Shown here in pieces: positions 19,028-31,100 of a DNA stretch of 64,000 nucleotides. The position numbers were made by a program, and so were the translations under genes. Positions within the stretch are counted from its first letter, which is position 1. The number at the start of each line of letters is the position of its first letter. The DNA lies in assembly GCA_018001695.1 (NCBI GenBank), contig JAGNHN010000009.1, positions 18,528-82,527 on the forward strand, read 5' to 3'. The notes below the pieces were generated by a model. That model was not told where the DNA came from. It saw only the letters and a program-made list of their open reading frames with translations, and made no database searches. Source of the stretch: Lentimicrobiaceae bacterium (lineage in GTDB: Bacteria > Bacteroidota > Bacteroidia > Bacteroidales > JAGNHN01).

Positions 19028-19070
19028 TCCTGCTCGTTTCTTTACTTATCTTTACCCGAAAAACGACCTT

Positions 19071-19535
19071 ATGCGTGCCAGAACCGTAACCCTGAAACAG
19101 GCCATGGATGAAATCATCCGCAAATGCCAGTATTGCCATGTTTCCATGGTCGATGGGGAAGGAAAACCCTATGGACTCCCTTTTAATTTTGGGTATGATG
19201 GGGAATACATCTATCTGCATTCCGCTCCGGAAGGGAAAAAGATCAGCATCCTAAGTCAGCATCCCGCCGTTTGTGTGGCCTTCAGCACGGATCATGTGCT
19301 ATATCACCAGAGCGAGAAGGTGGCCTGCAGCTACGGGATGAAGTACAGGAGTGTACTGGCTTACGGGGAGGTGGAGTTCATCGACAATGATGATGATAAG
19401 ATACCGGCACTGAACCATATCATGCGGCAGTATACCGGCAAGGCCGATTACAGTTACAACCTCCCTGCCGTTCGCAATGTGAAGGTATACCGTGTACGCA
19501 TATCCAATATGGAGGCCAGGGTGTTCGGGTATTGA
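19071..19535 (+). CDS. Pyridoxamine 5'-phosphate oxidase family (flavin-binding split-barrel) protein
   Basis: 154 aa. CHVSMVDGEGKPYGLPFNFGYDGEYIYLHSAPEGKK resembles the PNPOx-like/general stress protein 26 family. Confidence 0.7.
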   Translation: MRARTVTLKQAMDEIIRKCQYCHVSMVDGEGKPYGLPFNFGYDGEYIYLHSAPEGKKISILSQHPAVCVAFSTDHVLYHQSEKVACSYGMKYRSVLAYGEVEFIDNDDDKIPALNHIMRQYTGKADYSYNLPAVRNVKVYRVRISNMEARVFGY

Positions 19536-19554
19536 GCCGTTCTAGGGCTCTGTG

Positions 19555-20172
19555 CTAGCCGTTATTACTCCGCTTTTTTTTCTTCCTTTCAAAATACGCC
19601 GCCAGCAGGCGTGCCAGGACATAGATTCCTGAGCCCACACCTGCTCCGAGCAGGCCGCCGGCCAGCACATCCAGCGGATAGTGCACCCCCAGATACACGC
19701 GACTGTAGCTTACCAGCAGGGCCCAGAAGATGAGAACCACGCTGATCCACCTCTTCTGAAACAACAGGGAAAGATATACAGCAACACCAAAGGTATTGGC
19801 TGCATGGCTGGAGACGAAACCATATTGTCCCCCGCATTTCCCTTCCCATATCCGGACCAGTCCACTGAGCGCCGGCTCGTGGCAGGGACGCAGGCGGTCA
19901 AAGACTTCCTTAAAGGCATGCACGGATAACTGGTCCGTCAGGGTTACGCCCAGGGCGGCCAGCAGCAGAAACAGAAATCCCCTCCACCGGAATTGCCTGA
20001 AAAGAAAATACGTAAGCAGTACATAAAAAGGGATCCACTCCAGTTTACCGGTGGCAAACACCATGATCGTATCCATCAGCGGATGATGGTGGCCGTTGAT
20101 CCAGAGAAAAGCCTGCACATCCCATGCAGGCCAGGCCTGGCTGGCAAGCGCTATATGAGGATCACTCAGCAT
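19555..20172 (-). CDS. PAP2-family phosphatase (undecaprenyl-diphosphatase-like membrane protein)
   Basis: 205 aa, multi-TM. PAP2 motifs: [33 protein letters not shown]. The start overlaps the obg stop by 11 nt. Confidence 0.85.
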   Translation of the reverse strand: MLSDPHIALASQAWPAWDVQAFLWINGHHHPLMDTIMVFATGKLEWIPFYVLLTYFLFRQFRWRGFLFLLLAALGVTLTDQLSVHAFKEVFDRLRPCHEPALSGLVRIWEGKCGGQYGFVSSHAANTFGVAVYLSLLFQKRWISVVLIFWALLVSYSRVYLGVHYPLDVLAGGLLGAGVGSGIYVLARLLAAYFERKKKKRSNNG

Positions 20173-21166
20173 GGGCCCGGTTCAGCAACTTCCATAACTG
20201 GTCCTTCAGCTCCTGTATCCCTGATCCGGTCTGTGAGCTGATAAAGATATATGGGATGTTGGGCGGCACATCTTTCCGCAGGTCCTTGAGCATGGATGCG
20301 TCCATGATGTCTGATTTGGTGATGGCCAGCATGCGGTCCTTGTCCATCAGCTCAGGATTATACGCTTCCAGCTCTGACAGGAGGATATGGTATTCACGGG
20401 AGATGTTCTCACTATCCACCGGGATCATGAAAAGCAGGACAGCATTGCGTTCTATATGCCTCAGGAACCTTAATCCCAGACCCTTTCCTTCATGTGCTCC
20501 TTCGATAATGCCGGGTATATCGGCCATCACGAATGAGCGTCCATCATAATAAGGCACCATGCCGAGGTTAGGACGCAAGGTGGTGAACGGATAATCCGCT
20601 ATTCTTGGTTTGGCGGCCGAGACAACCGACAACAGCGTTGATTTGCCTGCATTGGGAAATCCAACGAGTCCGACATCGGCGAGTATCTTGAGTTCAAGGA
20701 TACGCCAGCCTTCTCTGGCCGGTTCACCGGGTTGTGAATATCTGGGGGCGCGATTGGTCGGGGATTTGAAGTGGTCGTTACCCAAACCACCGCGTCCGCC
20801 TTCCATGAGTATGGCCTCCTCCCCATCCTGTGTGATCTCAAAAAGCATCTCACCGCTATCTCCATCTCTGGCGACGGTACCCAGGGGCACTTCCAGGATG
20901 ACATCCTGTCCACCGGCACCGGTTCGAAGCTGTGCGCCACCACTTTCGCCGTGGCCGGCCTTGATGTGTTTTGTGTATTTCAGATGCAGTAAGGTCCAGA
21001 GCTGGGCATTCCCGCGCAGAATGACATGCCCGCCACGGCCTCCATCACCCCCATCCGGGCCTCCCCTGGGATTGGTGCGGGTACGCAGGAAATGCGAGGA
21101 TCCCGGGCCACCTCGTCCACTGGTGCAGTGGATCTTAACATAATCAACAAAGTTATCTCCTGCCAT
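20162..21166 (-). CDS. obgE: GTPase Obg/CgtA
   Basis: 334 aa. [23 protein letters not shown] (Obg fold), and GTPase motifs [24 protein letters not shown]. Confidence 0.95.
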   Translation of the reverse strand: MAGDNFVDYVKIHCTSGRGGPGSSHFLRTRTNPRGGPDGGDGGRGGHVILRGNAQLWTLLHLKYTKHIKAGHGESGGAQLRTGAGGQDVILEVPLGTVARDGDSGEMLFEITQDGEEAILMEGGRGGLGNDHFKSPTNRAPRYSQPGEPAREGWRILELKILADVGLVGFPNAGKSTLLSVVSAAKPRIADYPFTTLRPNLGMVPYYDGRSFVMADIPGIIEGAHEGKGLGLRFLRHIERNAVLLFMIPVDSENISREYHILLSELEAYNPELMDKDRMLAITKSDIMDASMLKDLRKDVPPNIPYIFISSQTGSGIQELKDQLWKLLNRAHAE

Positions 21167-21212
21167 GGAGTCATGGGTTGCGTGAACCGCAAAGATAGTA
21201 TGTTGCAGCCAA

Positions 21213-21788
21213 TCAGGCCTTCAAACGGTCAATCTCCCGGCATATATCCCTGAAAACGTTATCAATAGGCCTTACCCCGTCGATATTTACAAAATTTCCC
21301 CGCTGAACATAATAATCGATTAAAGGGAGGGTCGCTGCCTGATAGATATCAAAACGCTGGAGAATGATCTCCTCCTTGTCATCGCTGCGGCCATCCTCTT
21401 CACCCCTGTTCAGCAGCCGCCGCAGCAGCTCTTCCCGCTGCACCCCAAGCGCGATGACCAGATCCACCTTTTCACCACATTCTTCCAGCAGGCGGTCAAA
21501 AGCTTCCGCCTGAACAATGGTCCTGGGAAATCCATCCCAGACAAAACCAGGCACGCCCTTGTTGCGGGCCATCACCCCATGCAGGATATCGATCAGCACC
21601 TCGTCGGGAACGAGTTGCCCCTGATCGATGAAGGCCTTTACAGTTTTGCCCAGCGCTGTTCCCTCCTGGATCTCACTCCTGAGGATATTCCCCGTGCTGA
21701 TATGCCGGAATCCGTAATGAACGGCTATGTTCTTCGACTGGGTACCCTTACCGGCACCCGGAGGTCCAAATAGTATGAGGTTAAACAC
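21213..21788 (-). CDS. adk: Adenylate kinase (short type, no zinc lid)
   Basis: 191 aa. [30 protein letters not shown]. Confidence 0.94.
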   Translation of the reverse strand: MFNLILFGPPGAGKGTQSKNIAVHYGFRHISTGNILRSEIQEGTALGKTVKAFIDQGQLVPDEVLIDILHGVMARNKGVPGFVWDGFPRTIVQAEAFDRLLEECGEKVDLVIALGVQREELLRRLLNRGEEDGRSDDKEEIILQRFDIYQAATLPLIDYYVQRGNFVNIDGVRPIDNVFRDICREIDRLKA

Positions 21789-21806
21789 AGGCTGGTTGTT
21801 TTAATA

Positions 21807-22340
21807 TTAAACAATACGATAAATATCAGGCAGATTACGGCCGTAACCATCATAGTCGAGACCATAACCCACGATAAAGGCCGTCGGGATCTTCAATCCG
21901 ATATAATCCAGGGTGTAATCATGGACGAAGGCTTCCGGCTTGAAAAGCAGGGTGGCGATGCGGACAGATGCAGGATTCTTTTCTCTCAATACATCCAGCA
22001 TATGAGACAGCGTATGTCCCGTATCGATGATATCTTCCAGGACAACGATATGCTGTCCGGCGAGGCCTTCATTCAGTCCAATGAGTTGATTCACCTGCTC
22101 CGTCGACTGTGTCCCGCTATACGAGGCCAACTTGACGAAGGAGATGCGGCAGGGAAAGCCCAGCTTGCGCATGAGCGATGCAGCGAACATAAACGAACCA
22201 TTGAGGACGGCCAGGAACAGGGGATCTTTGTCCGACAGATCTCTCTGGATTTCCTGTGCCATATGAATGATGGCTTCCTCCAACTGACTTTCCGGCAGGT
22301 ACAACTCAAACTGCCGGTCTTTTACCTGAATCTGCTGCAT
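21807..22340 (-). CDS. hpt: Hypoxanthine(-guanine) phosphoribosyltransferase
   Basis: The ORF runs 21807-22391. The likely start is MQQIQVKDRQFELY at 22340. PRPP motif HIVVLEDIIDTGHTL; C-terminus FIVGYGLDYDGYGRNLPDIY. Confidence 0.9.
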   Translation of the reverse strand: MQQIQVKDRQFELYLPESQLEEAIIHMAQEIQRDLSDKDPLFLAVLNGSFMFAASLMRKLGFPCRISFVKLASYSGTQSTEQVNQLIGLNEGLAGQHIVVLEDIIDTGHTLSHMLDVLREKNPASVRIATLLFKPEAFVHDYTLDYIGLKIPTAFIVGYGLDYDGYGRNLPDIYRIV

Positions 22341-22556
22341 AGGCTGAGATTGAAGCACCGGGTGATGAACAAATATAAACAAATGTATCATTGCATCAAT
22401 TAGAAATACCCTTTATACCGGTTTCTGTCAACCCGAATCGGAAAACCACTGCGACACAACAGCATCGGGTGTTGTCATTTCAGTAAAGAAATAAAGTGAG
22501 GCATCTTTTCCTAATTCAGTGATTGATATATCTTTGCGCGAAACACGACAAGACTT

Positions 22557-23066
22557 ATGAAACCACTGGTCAGCATTATTATGGGAAGCACGTCCGACAT
22601 GCCTGTGATGGAACAAGCCTGCAAAATACTGGACGAGATGGAGATACCTTTTGAGCTGAATGCCCTTTCAGCCCACCGTACACCTGAACTCGTGGGCACC
22701 TTTGCGAAGGAAGCCAGGGACAGGGGCATCAAGGTGATTATTGCAGGAGCCGGTGGTGCTGCCCATCTGCCGGGCGTTGTCGCTGCTGCCACCCCCCTGC
22801 CTGTGATTGGTGTACCGGTGAGGTCGACCATTTCCATCGATGGCTGGGACTCCATTCTGAGTATTCTTCAGATGCCTCCGGGCATTCCGGTGGCCACCGT
22901 TGGCCTGGATGCAGCCCAGAATGCCGCCTTACTGGCCGTTCAGATCATCGGCACCGGCGATCCTGCCATCATGGAAAAGATGGCACAATACAAGGCCGGA
23001 CTGGGAAAAAAGATCATCAAGGCCAATGAAGACCTGGCCAGGCTAAGCTTCCGGTACAGGGTGTAA
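22557..23066 (+). CDS. purE: 5-(carboxyamino)imidazole ribonucleotide mutase
   Basis: 169 aa. VSIIMGSTSDMPVM, SAHRTPE, IIAGAGGAAHLPGVVAA, PVIGVPV. Confidence 0.95.
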   Translation: MKPLVSIIMGSTSDMPVMEQACKILDEMEIPFELNALSAHRTPELVGTFAKEARDRGIKVIIAGAGGAAHLPGVVAAATPLPVIGVPVRSTISIDGWDSILSILQMPPGIPVATVGLDAAQNAALLAVQIIGTGDPAIMEKMAQYKAGLGKKIIKANEDLARLSFRYRV

Positions 23067-23098
23067 TCCCGGATGCGGAGCAACATAAGGGGGATCTA

Positions 23099-23800
23099 TT
23101 AACCTTTTTGACTGACCCGGATCAATCCATCACGGTCGAGCAGTTGAATGCTGCGGCGGGTCTGTTCCAGCAGTCCTGACTTATGAAATTCCCTGAGGAC
23201 CTTCGTGGCCGTCTCACGGGATAAGCCTGTCAGTTCGGCAATGTCCTGCCTGGAAATGACATCCGGAATCAGGTCCGAACCGAATATCTCATCTGAGAGG
23301 TACAGCAATCCATCCGCCATGCGGCCATGCATCTGCTTCTGGTTAAGTGTGGCCAGGCGGTTATAGATGATCAGGACATTGGCACTGTAATCCTTCATAT
23401 AAGCTTCGTTGAATCGCTGGTTCATTTTCAACAATTCGAGAAAGACGCCGGCATCGATCATACAGACGATCGCATCTGTCAATGCAAGGATGCTGTAATG
23501 ATGGAGCCTGTCGAAATGTACCCCTGGGCCACCGATAAACTGGGGCGCCTGCACGATCCTGATGATGGTATTGCGTTGGCTGGGCCCCTCCAGGTATACC
23601 TTCACGAGGCCTGCATTCACTGAAAGCACATGGGACATGGCTGTACCCTGCTTCCTCAGTATCTCTCCCTTATGATACCTGACGATCTGCCTGTTACGCC
23701 CCAGATAATCCTGCTCTTCATCGGTGAGCAGGTTAAATATAGGTGACAGTATGTGACAACCACAACGATCCTGGGGACAATGATTCTTCTCAAATACCAT
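23099..23800 (-). CDS. Crp/Fnr-family transcriptional regulator with an FNR-like Cys set
   Basis: The ORF runs 23099-23827. The likely start is MVFEKNH at 23800. It has a cNMP-like beta-roll and a C-terminal HTH (RQDIAELTGLSRETATKVLREF). Cys residues lie at 8, 13 and 15 plus Cys113 (numbered from MVFEK), analogous to the 3+1 Cys of E. coli FNR. Confidence 0.8.
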   Translation of the reverse strand: MVFEKNHCPQDRCGCHILSPIFNLLTDEEQDYLGRNRQIVRYHKGEILRKQGTAMSHVLSVNAGLVKVYLEGPSQRNTIIRIVQAPQFIGGPGVHFDRLHHYSILALTDAIVCMIDAGVFLELLKMNQRFNEAYMKDYSANVLIIYNRLATLNQKQMHGRMADGLLYLSDEIFGSDLIPDVISRQDIAELTGLSRETATKVLREFHKSGLLEQTRRSIQLLDRDGLIRVSQKG

Positions 23801-23850
23801 ACGCAAATTCGGATAAGCCGGCAGCAACCAAATATAGTGTTTTTTCGATA

Positions 23851-23919
23851 CGGAAATAATTCCGGAAATTGACGGAAATAATCCCTCCTATAACCGGAAG
23901 CAATTCTCCATTATTCCGG
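23851..23919. promoter_or_regulatory. Array of CGGAA(A)TAAT-type repeats in the divergent Fnr-like / beta-helix intergenic region
   Basis: CGGAAATAAT (23851-60), CCGGAAATT (23862-70), CGGAAATAAT (23873-82), CCGGAAGCAAT (23894-904), and an inverted copy ATTATTCCGG (23910-19). A GGAAATAATTCC palindrome lies at 23852-63. Confidence 0.45.
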
Positions 23920-24022
23920 CATCACATGCTGATTCTAAACAGATGTATTGCCCACCGGCCACCTATTTTTGTGCCCCTACGTCGATCTTATTAATTCCCT
24001 AAACAACCAAACAACGAGCCAT

Positions 24023-25087
24023 ATGAAAAAAGTACTACTCGCCCTCGTCCTGTCAGGGTTTCTGGTTCCTGCCACAGCAGCCATTTTAACAGTTTCCAAC
24101 AGTCCCCTGGGTGGCGCACAGTTCAGCAACCTGGACGCTGCCATCAATGCCGCAACAGCAGGCGATACCTTACTAATTGAAGGAACCAATATTGGATACG
24201 CTATCAGTGCCTTATCTGTTTTCAATAAACCCCTTGTGTTCATTGGTTCGGGCCTTAACACGGCAAAGGCGCAGCACAAGCAGACCATCCTTACAACAGT
24301 TGGTCCATGGTATTTCGAAATTCCCTCGAGCGCAGCAGGCTCCAGGTTCTATGGAATCGTGTTTAATGGCTATACCCAGCTTGTTGGACCCTCTACCAAC
24401 AACCTGCATTTTGAGAATTGCATGTTTAACAGTACTTTTAACTTTAATGGCCAGACCACACATGGAACGACATTCATCAATTGCATTTTTAATGTAGACG
24501 CAGGTGCCAACATTCAGTTGTATTCCTCCACAAGTCAGATAACAGGAACCCTCTTCAGCAATTGCATATTTGATGGACATATTGATGGAGGCAACAATCC
24601 ATTTTCGTCCATTTTCATCGACCATTGCATCTTCCTGTCACCGAATTCCGGTTTCTCTAATTTGTATTATGCCAATATTTCCAACAGTATTTTTGTTAAC
24701 GCTTTCCCATCTGGCACTTTCAGCTCCAGTTTCAACAACAATATTTGCCAAGTAGCCGGAACACTGCCCCCGGCCAGTGGTGGAAATACTGGCACCAACA
24801 ATCTGAGCGCGACAGATCCTCTGTTTGTCTCTTACACTCCGCCAGTATACTGGAGCCCCTACCACAGCTTTGCCTATGACTACCGCCTGCAGGCTTCATC
24901 ACCTGGCAAAGGTGCGGGCACCGACGGTACAGACATTGGCGTGTTCGGAGGGACAACAGCCTTCAGCATAACCGGAGAAGCCCCCAATGCCCCGGTGGTA
25001 AGATCCATGAACATCAATAACACCATCATCCCGACCAATGGAACGCTGAATGTCAGTGTCCAGGCATCCAAACCCAGGAACAACTAG
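24023..25087 (+). CDS. Secreted right-handed beta-helix (pectin-lyase-fold-like) protein
   Basis: The ORF runs 23948-25087. The likely start is MKKVLLALVLSGFLVPATAA at 24023. It has periodic N/F/I-rich rungs (FENCMFNSTFNF, FINCIFNVDAG, FSNCIFDGHIDG, IDHCIFLSPNSG, ISNSIFVNAF). Confidence 0.65.
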   Translation: MKKVLLALVLSGFLVPATAAILTVSNSPLGGAQFSNLDAAINAATAGDTLLIEGTNIGYAISALSVFNKPLVFIGSGLNTAKAQHKQTILTTVGPWYFEIPSSAAGSRFYGIVFNGYTQLVGPSTNNLHFENCMFNSTFNFNGQTTHGTTFINCIFNVDAGANIQLYSSTSQITGTLFSNCIFDGHIDGGNNPFSSIFIDHCIFLSPNSGFSNLYYANISNSIFVNAFPSGTFSSSFNNNICQVAGTLPPASGGNTGTNNLSATDPLFVSYTPPVYWSPYHSFAYDYRLQASSPGKGAGTDGTDIGVFGGTTAFSITGEAPNAPVVRSMNINNTIIPTNGTLNVSVQASKPRNN

Positions 25088-25132
25088 GTTCCTTTGCCTT
25101 ACTGACTTTTTTTCACGTACTATTTTAACCGG

Positions 25133-28100
25133 ATGATTATGAATCAGCGTATTCTATGGGCCTGGATCGCCATATGGTGTTCCCTGTTCGCCCTTCATCA
25201 GCCAGCTAATGCGCAGTCGATCACACACGTTCAGTATTACTATAATACCGACCCGGGTGTGGGTGTGACAGGCAATGGCGGCATCATCAGCATCAGCCCC
25301 GGGGATTCGATATTTCACACCTTCTCGGTCCCCCTCAGCAGCAGTCTGACAAACGGCATCCATCAATTATATGTGCGCGTCCGGAATCAGGCCGGGCAAT
25401 GGTCGATACCGGAGCGCAAATCCTTCATGATCCTGAAGCCTGATACGGCTGTTGCACGTCAAATCATCGCCTATCAGTACTTCTTTGACACTGACCCCGG
25501 ATTCGATAATCCGGGAAATGGCGCCATCGTGCCGGTAACTCCGGGCGATGACTGGTCCTCCCAATTGGCTGTTCCTGTTCCGGCCGGACTAGATGATGGC
25601 ATACACCAGTTATTCCTGAGGGTGAAAGACAGCCGCGGTAGCTGGTCCATCGCTGAGTCCCGCCTGTTTATGATATTTACACCAGACACAAGCATTAACC
25701 GCATTGTACAATATCAGTATTACTTCAACCAGGATCCGGGATTGGGCATTGCAGGCAATGGTGCTGTCGTGCAAGTGAATCCGATAGATACCGTTCAGTT
25801 GACGCTCAGCATAACACTTCCGGCCGGCCTCCCATCCGGTGCGCATCACCTGTATTTCAGAACCATGGATATCAATGGCAACTGGTCAGTTGCTGAAAGA
25901 CGTCTGCTATATGTGAAGGATATCGAATCTAAGCAGATCACGGCCATGGAGTATTATATCGATAATGATCCGGGTCCGGGTAATGCCAATCCTTATCCCA
26001 TCACAACTGCTGATTCGTTCCAGCTCACCGCAGCCATATCAGTTCCATGTCTTTCAGAAGGCGTCCATTATCTTTACTGGCGCGCCCGCAATGCAGAAGG
26101 GGTATGGAGCATCATCGCCAGGGATACTTTTGAGGTCGATTCCGGAGTGGCCGCACCCATTATTACACCCGGTGGACCTGTTTCGTTATGTGCAGGCGAC
26201 TCCATTGTTCTGCATATCAATCCAGTAGATGGCGCCAGCTACCAATGGCTCGTAGACGGCGCAGACATACAAGGTGCGACATCGACACAGCTAAGCGTTC
26301 ACGCAGCCGGGAATTACGCCGTTAAAATCATTTGTGGAAACAGTTTCTCCACGTCTGCCATCGTCACAGTCAATATAGCCCAGGTGCTGACATGGTATGC
26401 GGATGCAGATGGAGATGGATTTGGCAATCCTCAGATATTCGTCCAAAACTGTGCGCAGCCTGCAGGATATGTCTCCAACAGCATGGATTGTAATGATGCC
26501 GATCCGGCTATCTATCCCGGGGCACAGGAGGTCTGCAATGGCGTGGATGATGATTGCAATGGCCTGATTGATGATGGCGTCTTCTCTGTTTTTTATGCTG
26601 ATGCAGATGCAGATGGATTTGGCAACCCATCACGAGACACCCTCGCCTGCGCCCAGCCGGCAGGTTTTGTCAGCAACAACCAGGATTGTGATGACGCCAA
26701 CCCTGATGTCAATCCGAATGCAACAGAAATTTGCAATGGCATCGATGACAATTGCAATCAGCAGGTTGATGAAGGGGTGAGTCAGATCTTCTATGCTGAT
26801 GCCGATGGAGACGGTTATGGTAACCCCAACAGCAGTGTCTCCGCCTGTTCAATGCCTTCAGGATATGTCACCAATAACCTCGATTGCAACGATGGCAATG
26901 CCCTGGAATTTCCAGGTCAGCTATGGTATATTGACCGGGATTCAGATGGTTACAGCAATGGAGATACCATCCGCCAATGCACCCGACCCTTATTTGGTTT
27001 CGCCACTCAGGAACTTTCATCCCTGAGCTTTGATTGCAATGACACCAATGGAATGATCCATCCGGGCAGGCCGGAGGTTTGCAATGGCCTTGATGATGAT
27101 TGCGACGGACTGATCGATGATGCTGATCCGGGATTAACAAACCCTTCAACCTGGTATGCGGACCTTGATGGGGACGGTTATGGGGATCCTGCTACATCCA
27201 TCACATCATGCACGCAACCGGCGCAGTACGTTTCCAATAACCAGGATTGCAATGACAGCAATCCGCTAGAATTCCCCGGCCAGGTATGGTACCGTGATGC
27301 AGACCAGGATGGATATGGTACAGGCGTTTTCCTGATCCAGTGCAACCGTCCATCTCAATACTTCCTGCTTACTGAACTCACCTCTACCCAGGGAGATTGC
27401 GATGACAACAACCCAAACATCAACCCCGGGGCCCAGTATTTCTCCTATGCAGGTACGGTCAATTTCGAGGATGCCATCACTCATCCATTGCATGGTTCTC
27501 CCATCAGCAGTTTCAGCTTCATGGTTGATTACTTCGATGCGACGAACGCATTGCCTCCGGTGACCTATCCCCGCCTGATCCTTGACTATGAAGGGAATGG
27601 CATCTATACCGATCTGAACGACCGTTCCGTGATCATGATACCCCTCGATGCAGGCGATCTGAATACTGCCGATGGGAAACGTTATGTGGCCAACGTCAGC
27701 TCATTGCCCTCAGGTGCCAACTGGAAAGTCAGTGTTCAGGGTTCACCTTCATCATGTCAAACCCAGTTCGGCCCCTTTGATTATCCGGATGTGATGATAC
27801 AACCAGATCTGCAGATTTATGCCGACGACATCTGGTTCTCCGCCAACAATCCTCCGGTAAATTCTGCACTAACCGTCTATGCACGCATTACGAATGTATC
27901 TGATTATCATGCTGATACATTCCGGGTCGCAATGGTTAACCAGTATGATTTCAACATCGTTTATGATACCCTGGTGGTAACGAATCTGAGTCCAAAGTCC
28001 TCAACCATCGTTCAATGGAATATCACCACACCGCTCGACTCGGCCTGGTGTCCCATGCAGGTATGGATTGACGTCGATAACCGCATCGCCGAGTCTAACG

Positions 28101-31100
28101 AGATCAATAACAGTGCTGTCAGACCTTTCATCAACGGCAATTTTGATCTCTCAGGAGGCATTCAGGTAAGTGCGCTGCAGTCTAACCCAGCCGTATCCTA
28201 TGCTGCTTATGGTGCCAAAGTGTGGTTATCCGGTAAGGCCATTTATTTTGGCACACCCCTGCCCCTGGCAGACCCTAGTGTGGCAGGCGCCAGCGTAACA
28301 TTCGTGATACCGGCAACGGGAGCTGTCTATGCTGCAACCACGAATGCGCAAGGCTACTTCAACGCGGCCATCAATGCACCCATGAGTCCAGGGACCTATC
28401 AGGTTCAGGGCACCATCACGGATTTCACCTTTAGCGAGACCTTTGAGATGGCCTTTACCATCCTGCCTCCGCAGGCATGTCTTCCTGATCTGGTCGCAGC
28501 GGCCTATACGCCTACATCTACCGTCGTTGCTGGGAACAGTATGACCATGAATATATACGTCAGCAATGTCGGGTGTTCCGCTTCAGGTGCGAGTGTTGCA
28601 AGCACCAGCTCATCGGCAGGTGCTTCATTCACAAATAGCTTCAATATTCCTGCACTTGCCACGGGGCAATCGCATACGATCAACCGGACCCTCACCTTCA
28701 ACACACCAGGGTTGTATTCTTACTGTGCCACGGCGGATGCAACAGATGTGGTCACGGAATCCAGCGAGTACAACAATACCTCCTGCATCACCATAACCGT
28801 TCTGCCGGCATTGCCTGACCTTGTTCCGGCATTGGGACCTGCCGGCCAGGCTTTCCTTTGCGAATCCGGTGGTGACCTGGGTTTCCACATCAGGAACCAG
28901 GGCGGTGCTGCATCCGGTTCGTTCACGGCTGAAGTCGTGTGCCGTTTGAATGGAAATGTTTACAACACTATTCAGCAGACGATCACTAATATCCCGTCGC
29001 TCGGGCAGACCGCCATCTACCTTCCGGGACTTATCTCAGCTCCCGGTATCTATACCTTTGAACTCCGCTGTGATGTCCCTGTCGCTACGGGAGGTGATGT
29101 TACAGAGTATATAGAGTCGAACAACGTCACCACCTATACATTGGAGGTTCTCGAATGCAAGCCCAATCTGGTTTTCAAGAGCTGCGAAGCCCTTGATGTG
29201 GATCCCAGTGATCCTGCACATCCGGGCGGTACCATGAACTTCATCGCCAAATTGTCGAATGACGGCAAGGCCGCCGCCGTTTCACCGGTGGTCAGGTTTA
29301 TGCTTTCCGACAGCTTCTATTACGATGTACAGTACAATGGGACCGTGGGCGTCATGCAGACTGTCAATGTGGTTTCTCCCGCTATCCCCAGTGTTGCTCC
29401 GGCTACCATGATGCTCACCGCCATTGCAGATCCTGCCGGCCTGATCGATGAGCTGGACGAACAGGACAACATCATTCAGGATAGTCTCTGCATCGATCTG
29501 ATGATCGTAAAATTACCTGCTACCTGTGGTGGTGTTTCTACGATCCAGAATTTCATCGTCAACAAACCTGTTGAGATATCTGCAGGCCTGACAGCCGGAG
29601 GCCTCTACAACGCCTCCAGTGTGACGGTGAGGTTCGAGGTCAGCGGTCCCTCCTACACAGGGAAAGTCCACCTGGCTGATATTGCAGTGGATGATGTAAG
29701 ACAAAGTTGCGGCTGCCCGCGTAAAGTGAGCCTGCCGTTTACCTTCATCTTCCCGCAGGTGGGCACGTATACCTTTACCATCACCGCAGATCCGGGCCAG
29801 CAATTCACTGAATGCAATGAGAGCAACAATGTGTACGAAATGGTCGTCAACGTCACAACCCTGCCCGACATGCGTGTTTTCAGCCAGTACATCAATCCCT
29901 CCCGCCTGAATCCCTCGCCGGGAGAGCAGGTGACCATGGCCATCACATACGATAACGCCGGTTTATCCAATCCTCAGGACCAGATGAAACTCAAAGTCCT
30001 TGTCAATGAAGTCGCGCATGATTCCGTCTATCCTGTTTACGGACAAGCCTATGGAGATGACACTACCGTGAGCATCCCCACCGCCTGGATTGCTCCGGTC
30101 ATACCCGGTACCTATATCATCCGTGCTATCATTGACAGCGACAAACAGGTAACCGAATCCGATGAGCTGAATAATGAAGCAACCAGGGCCATCATCGTCG
30201 GGGATGCTGCCAATTTGTATTTCCAGCTCTTTGAACCCAGCAACCCGGTTCCTGCTGCCAACAGCAACATCCAGCTGCATGCGCGCATCGGCAACAGTGG
30301 GGCGCTGTCCAGTCAGGCAGACGTCAGGTTCTATTACACTGATAACAACCAGGTTCTGCAATCCATCGGCGTGGTTCCGGTTCTTGTCGGCGGACATGAT
30401 TCCGTCAGCATTACCTTGCCCTGGTTGGTGAATGATCCGATCACGACACTCGTCGCCCGTATCGAAAATTCCAATCCGGAAGAATACAACTACGAGGATA
30501 ATGAAGCGCGGTATGAGCTCGGAATGATGCAACTGCAACTCGTGACCACGCCAGCCTGCCGTCAGGACAGTAGTGGTAGCATCACAACCAACATCACCGG
30601 CGGGAACCCTCCTTATTACTACCAATGGAGCAACCTCGCGCAGACCTCTTCGATCAATGGCGCACCAGGTATCTACAGTGTGACTGTGACAGATCTGGAT
30701 GGCCGCATCGCTGTTGCCACCGCCGAAATCGCCAATGATACCGGCATGATCTGGTATCGGGATGCCGACGAAGATGGCTATGGAGATCCCCTGCAGTACG
30801 TCATAACCTGTACCCAACCCCAGGGCTATGTTGATGATCCTTATGATTGCGATGACACCAATCCGTCCATCTATCCCGGATCAACAGAAATATGCGGCAA
30901 TGGCCTGGATGATGATTGCGACGGCCTCATTGATGAAACGGGGTGCACCGGATGCTTCAATGGACTGTACTATACAGCATCGATCACCGGAGATTCCATT
31001 CTTTGCGAAGGTGAGACAGTGGTATTGCAGGCAGCGGTGTCACCCGCCGGGAGCTATACCTACCTTTGGTTGCCCAATGCGACGACCGACACCACACTCG

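Noticed and set aside
22392-22556. Purine or ZTP riboswitch upstream of purE
   Set aside because: I see no conserved riboswitch core sequence. Only a weak 6-bp hairpin is present. The region is better explained as a divergent hpt/purE promoter region.
25220-30520. Regularly spaced repeats that could be mistaken for a CRISPR-like or satellite array
   Set aside because: The repeats are in-frame protein modules (an ~80-aa module, MopE-like motifs, CARDB) inside one long ORF. The periods are 230-330 nt and the copies have diverged. No cas genes are present.
29963-30817. 284-aa minus-strand ORF
   Set aside because: It lies entirely inside the 2344-aa adhesin ORF on the opposite strand, has no recognisable motifs, and has a shadow-like composition.
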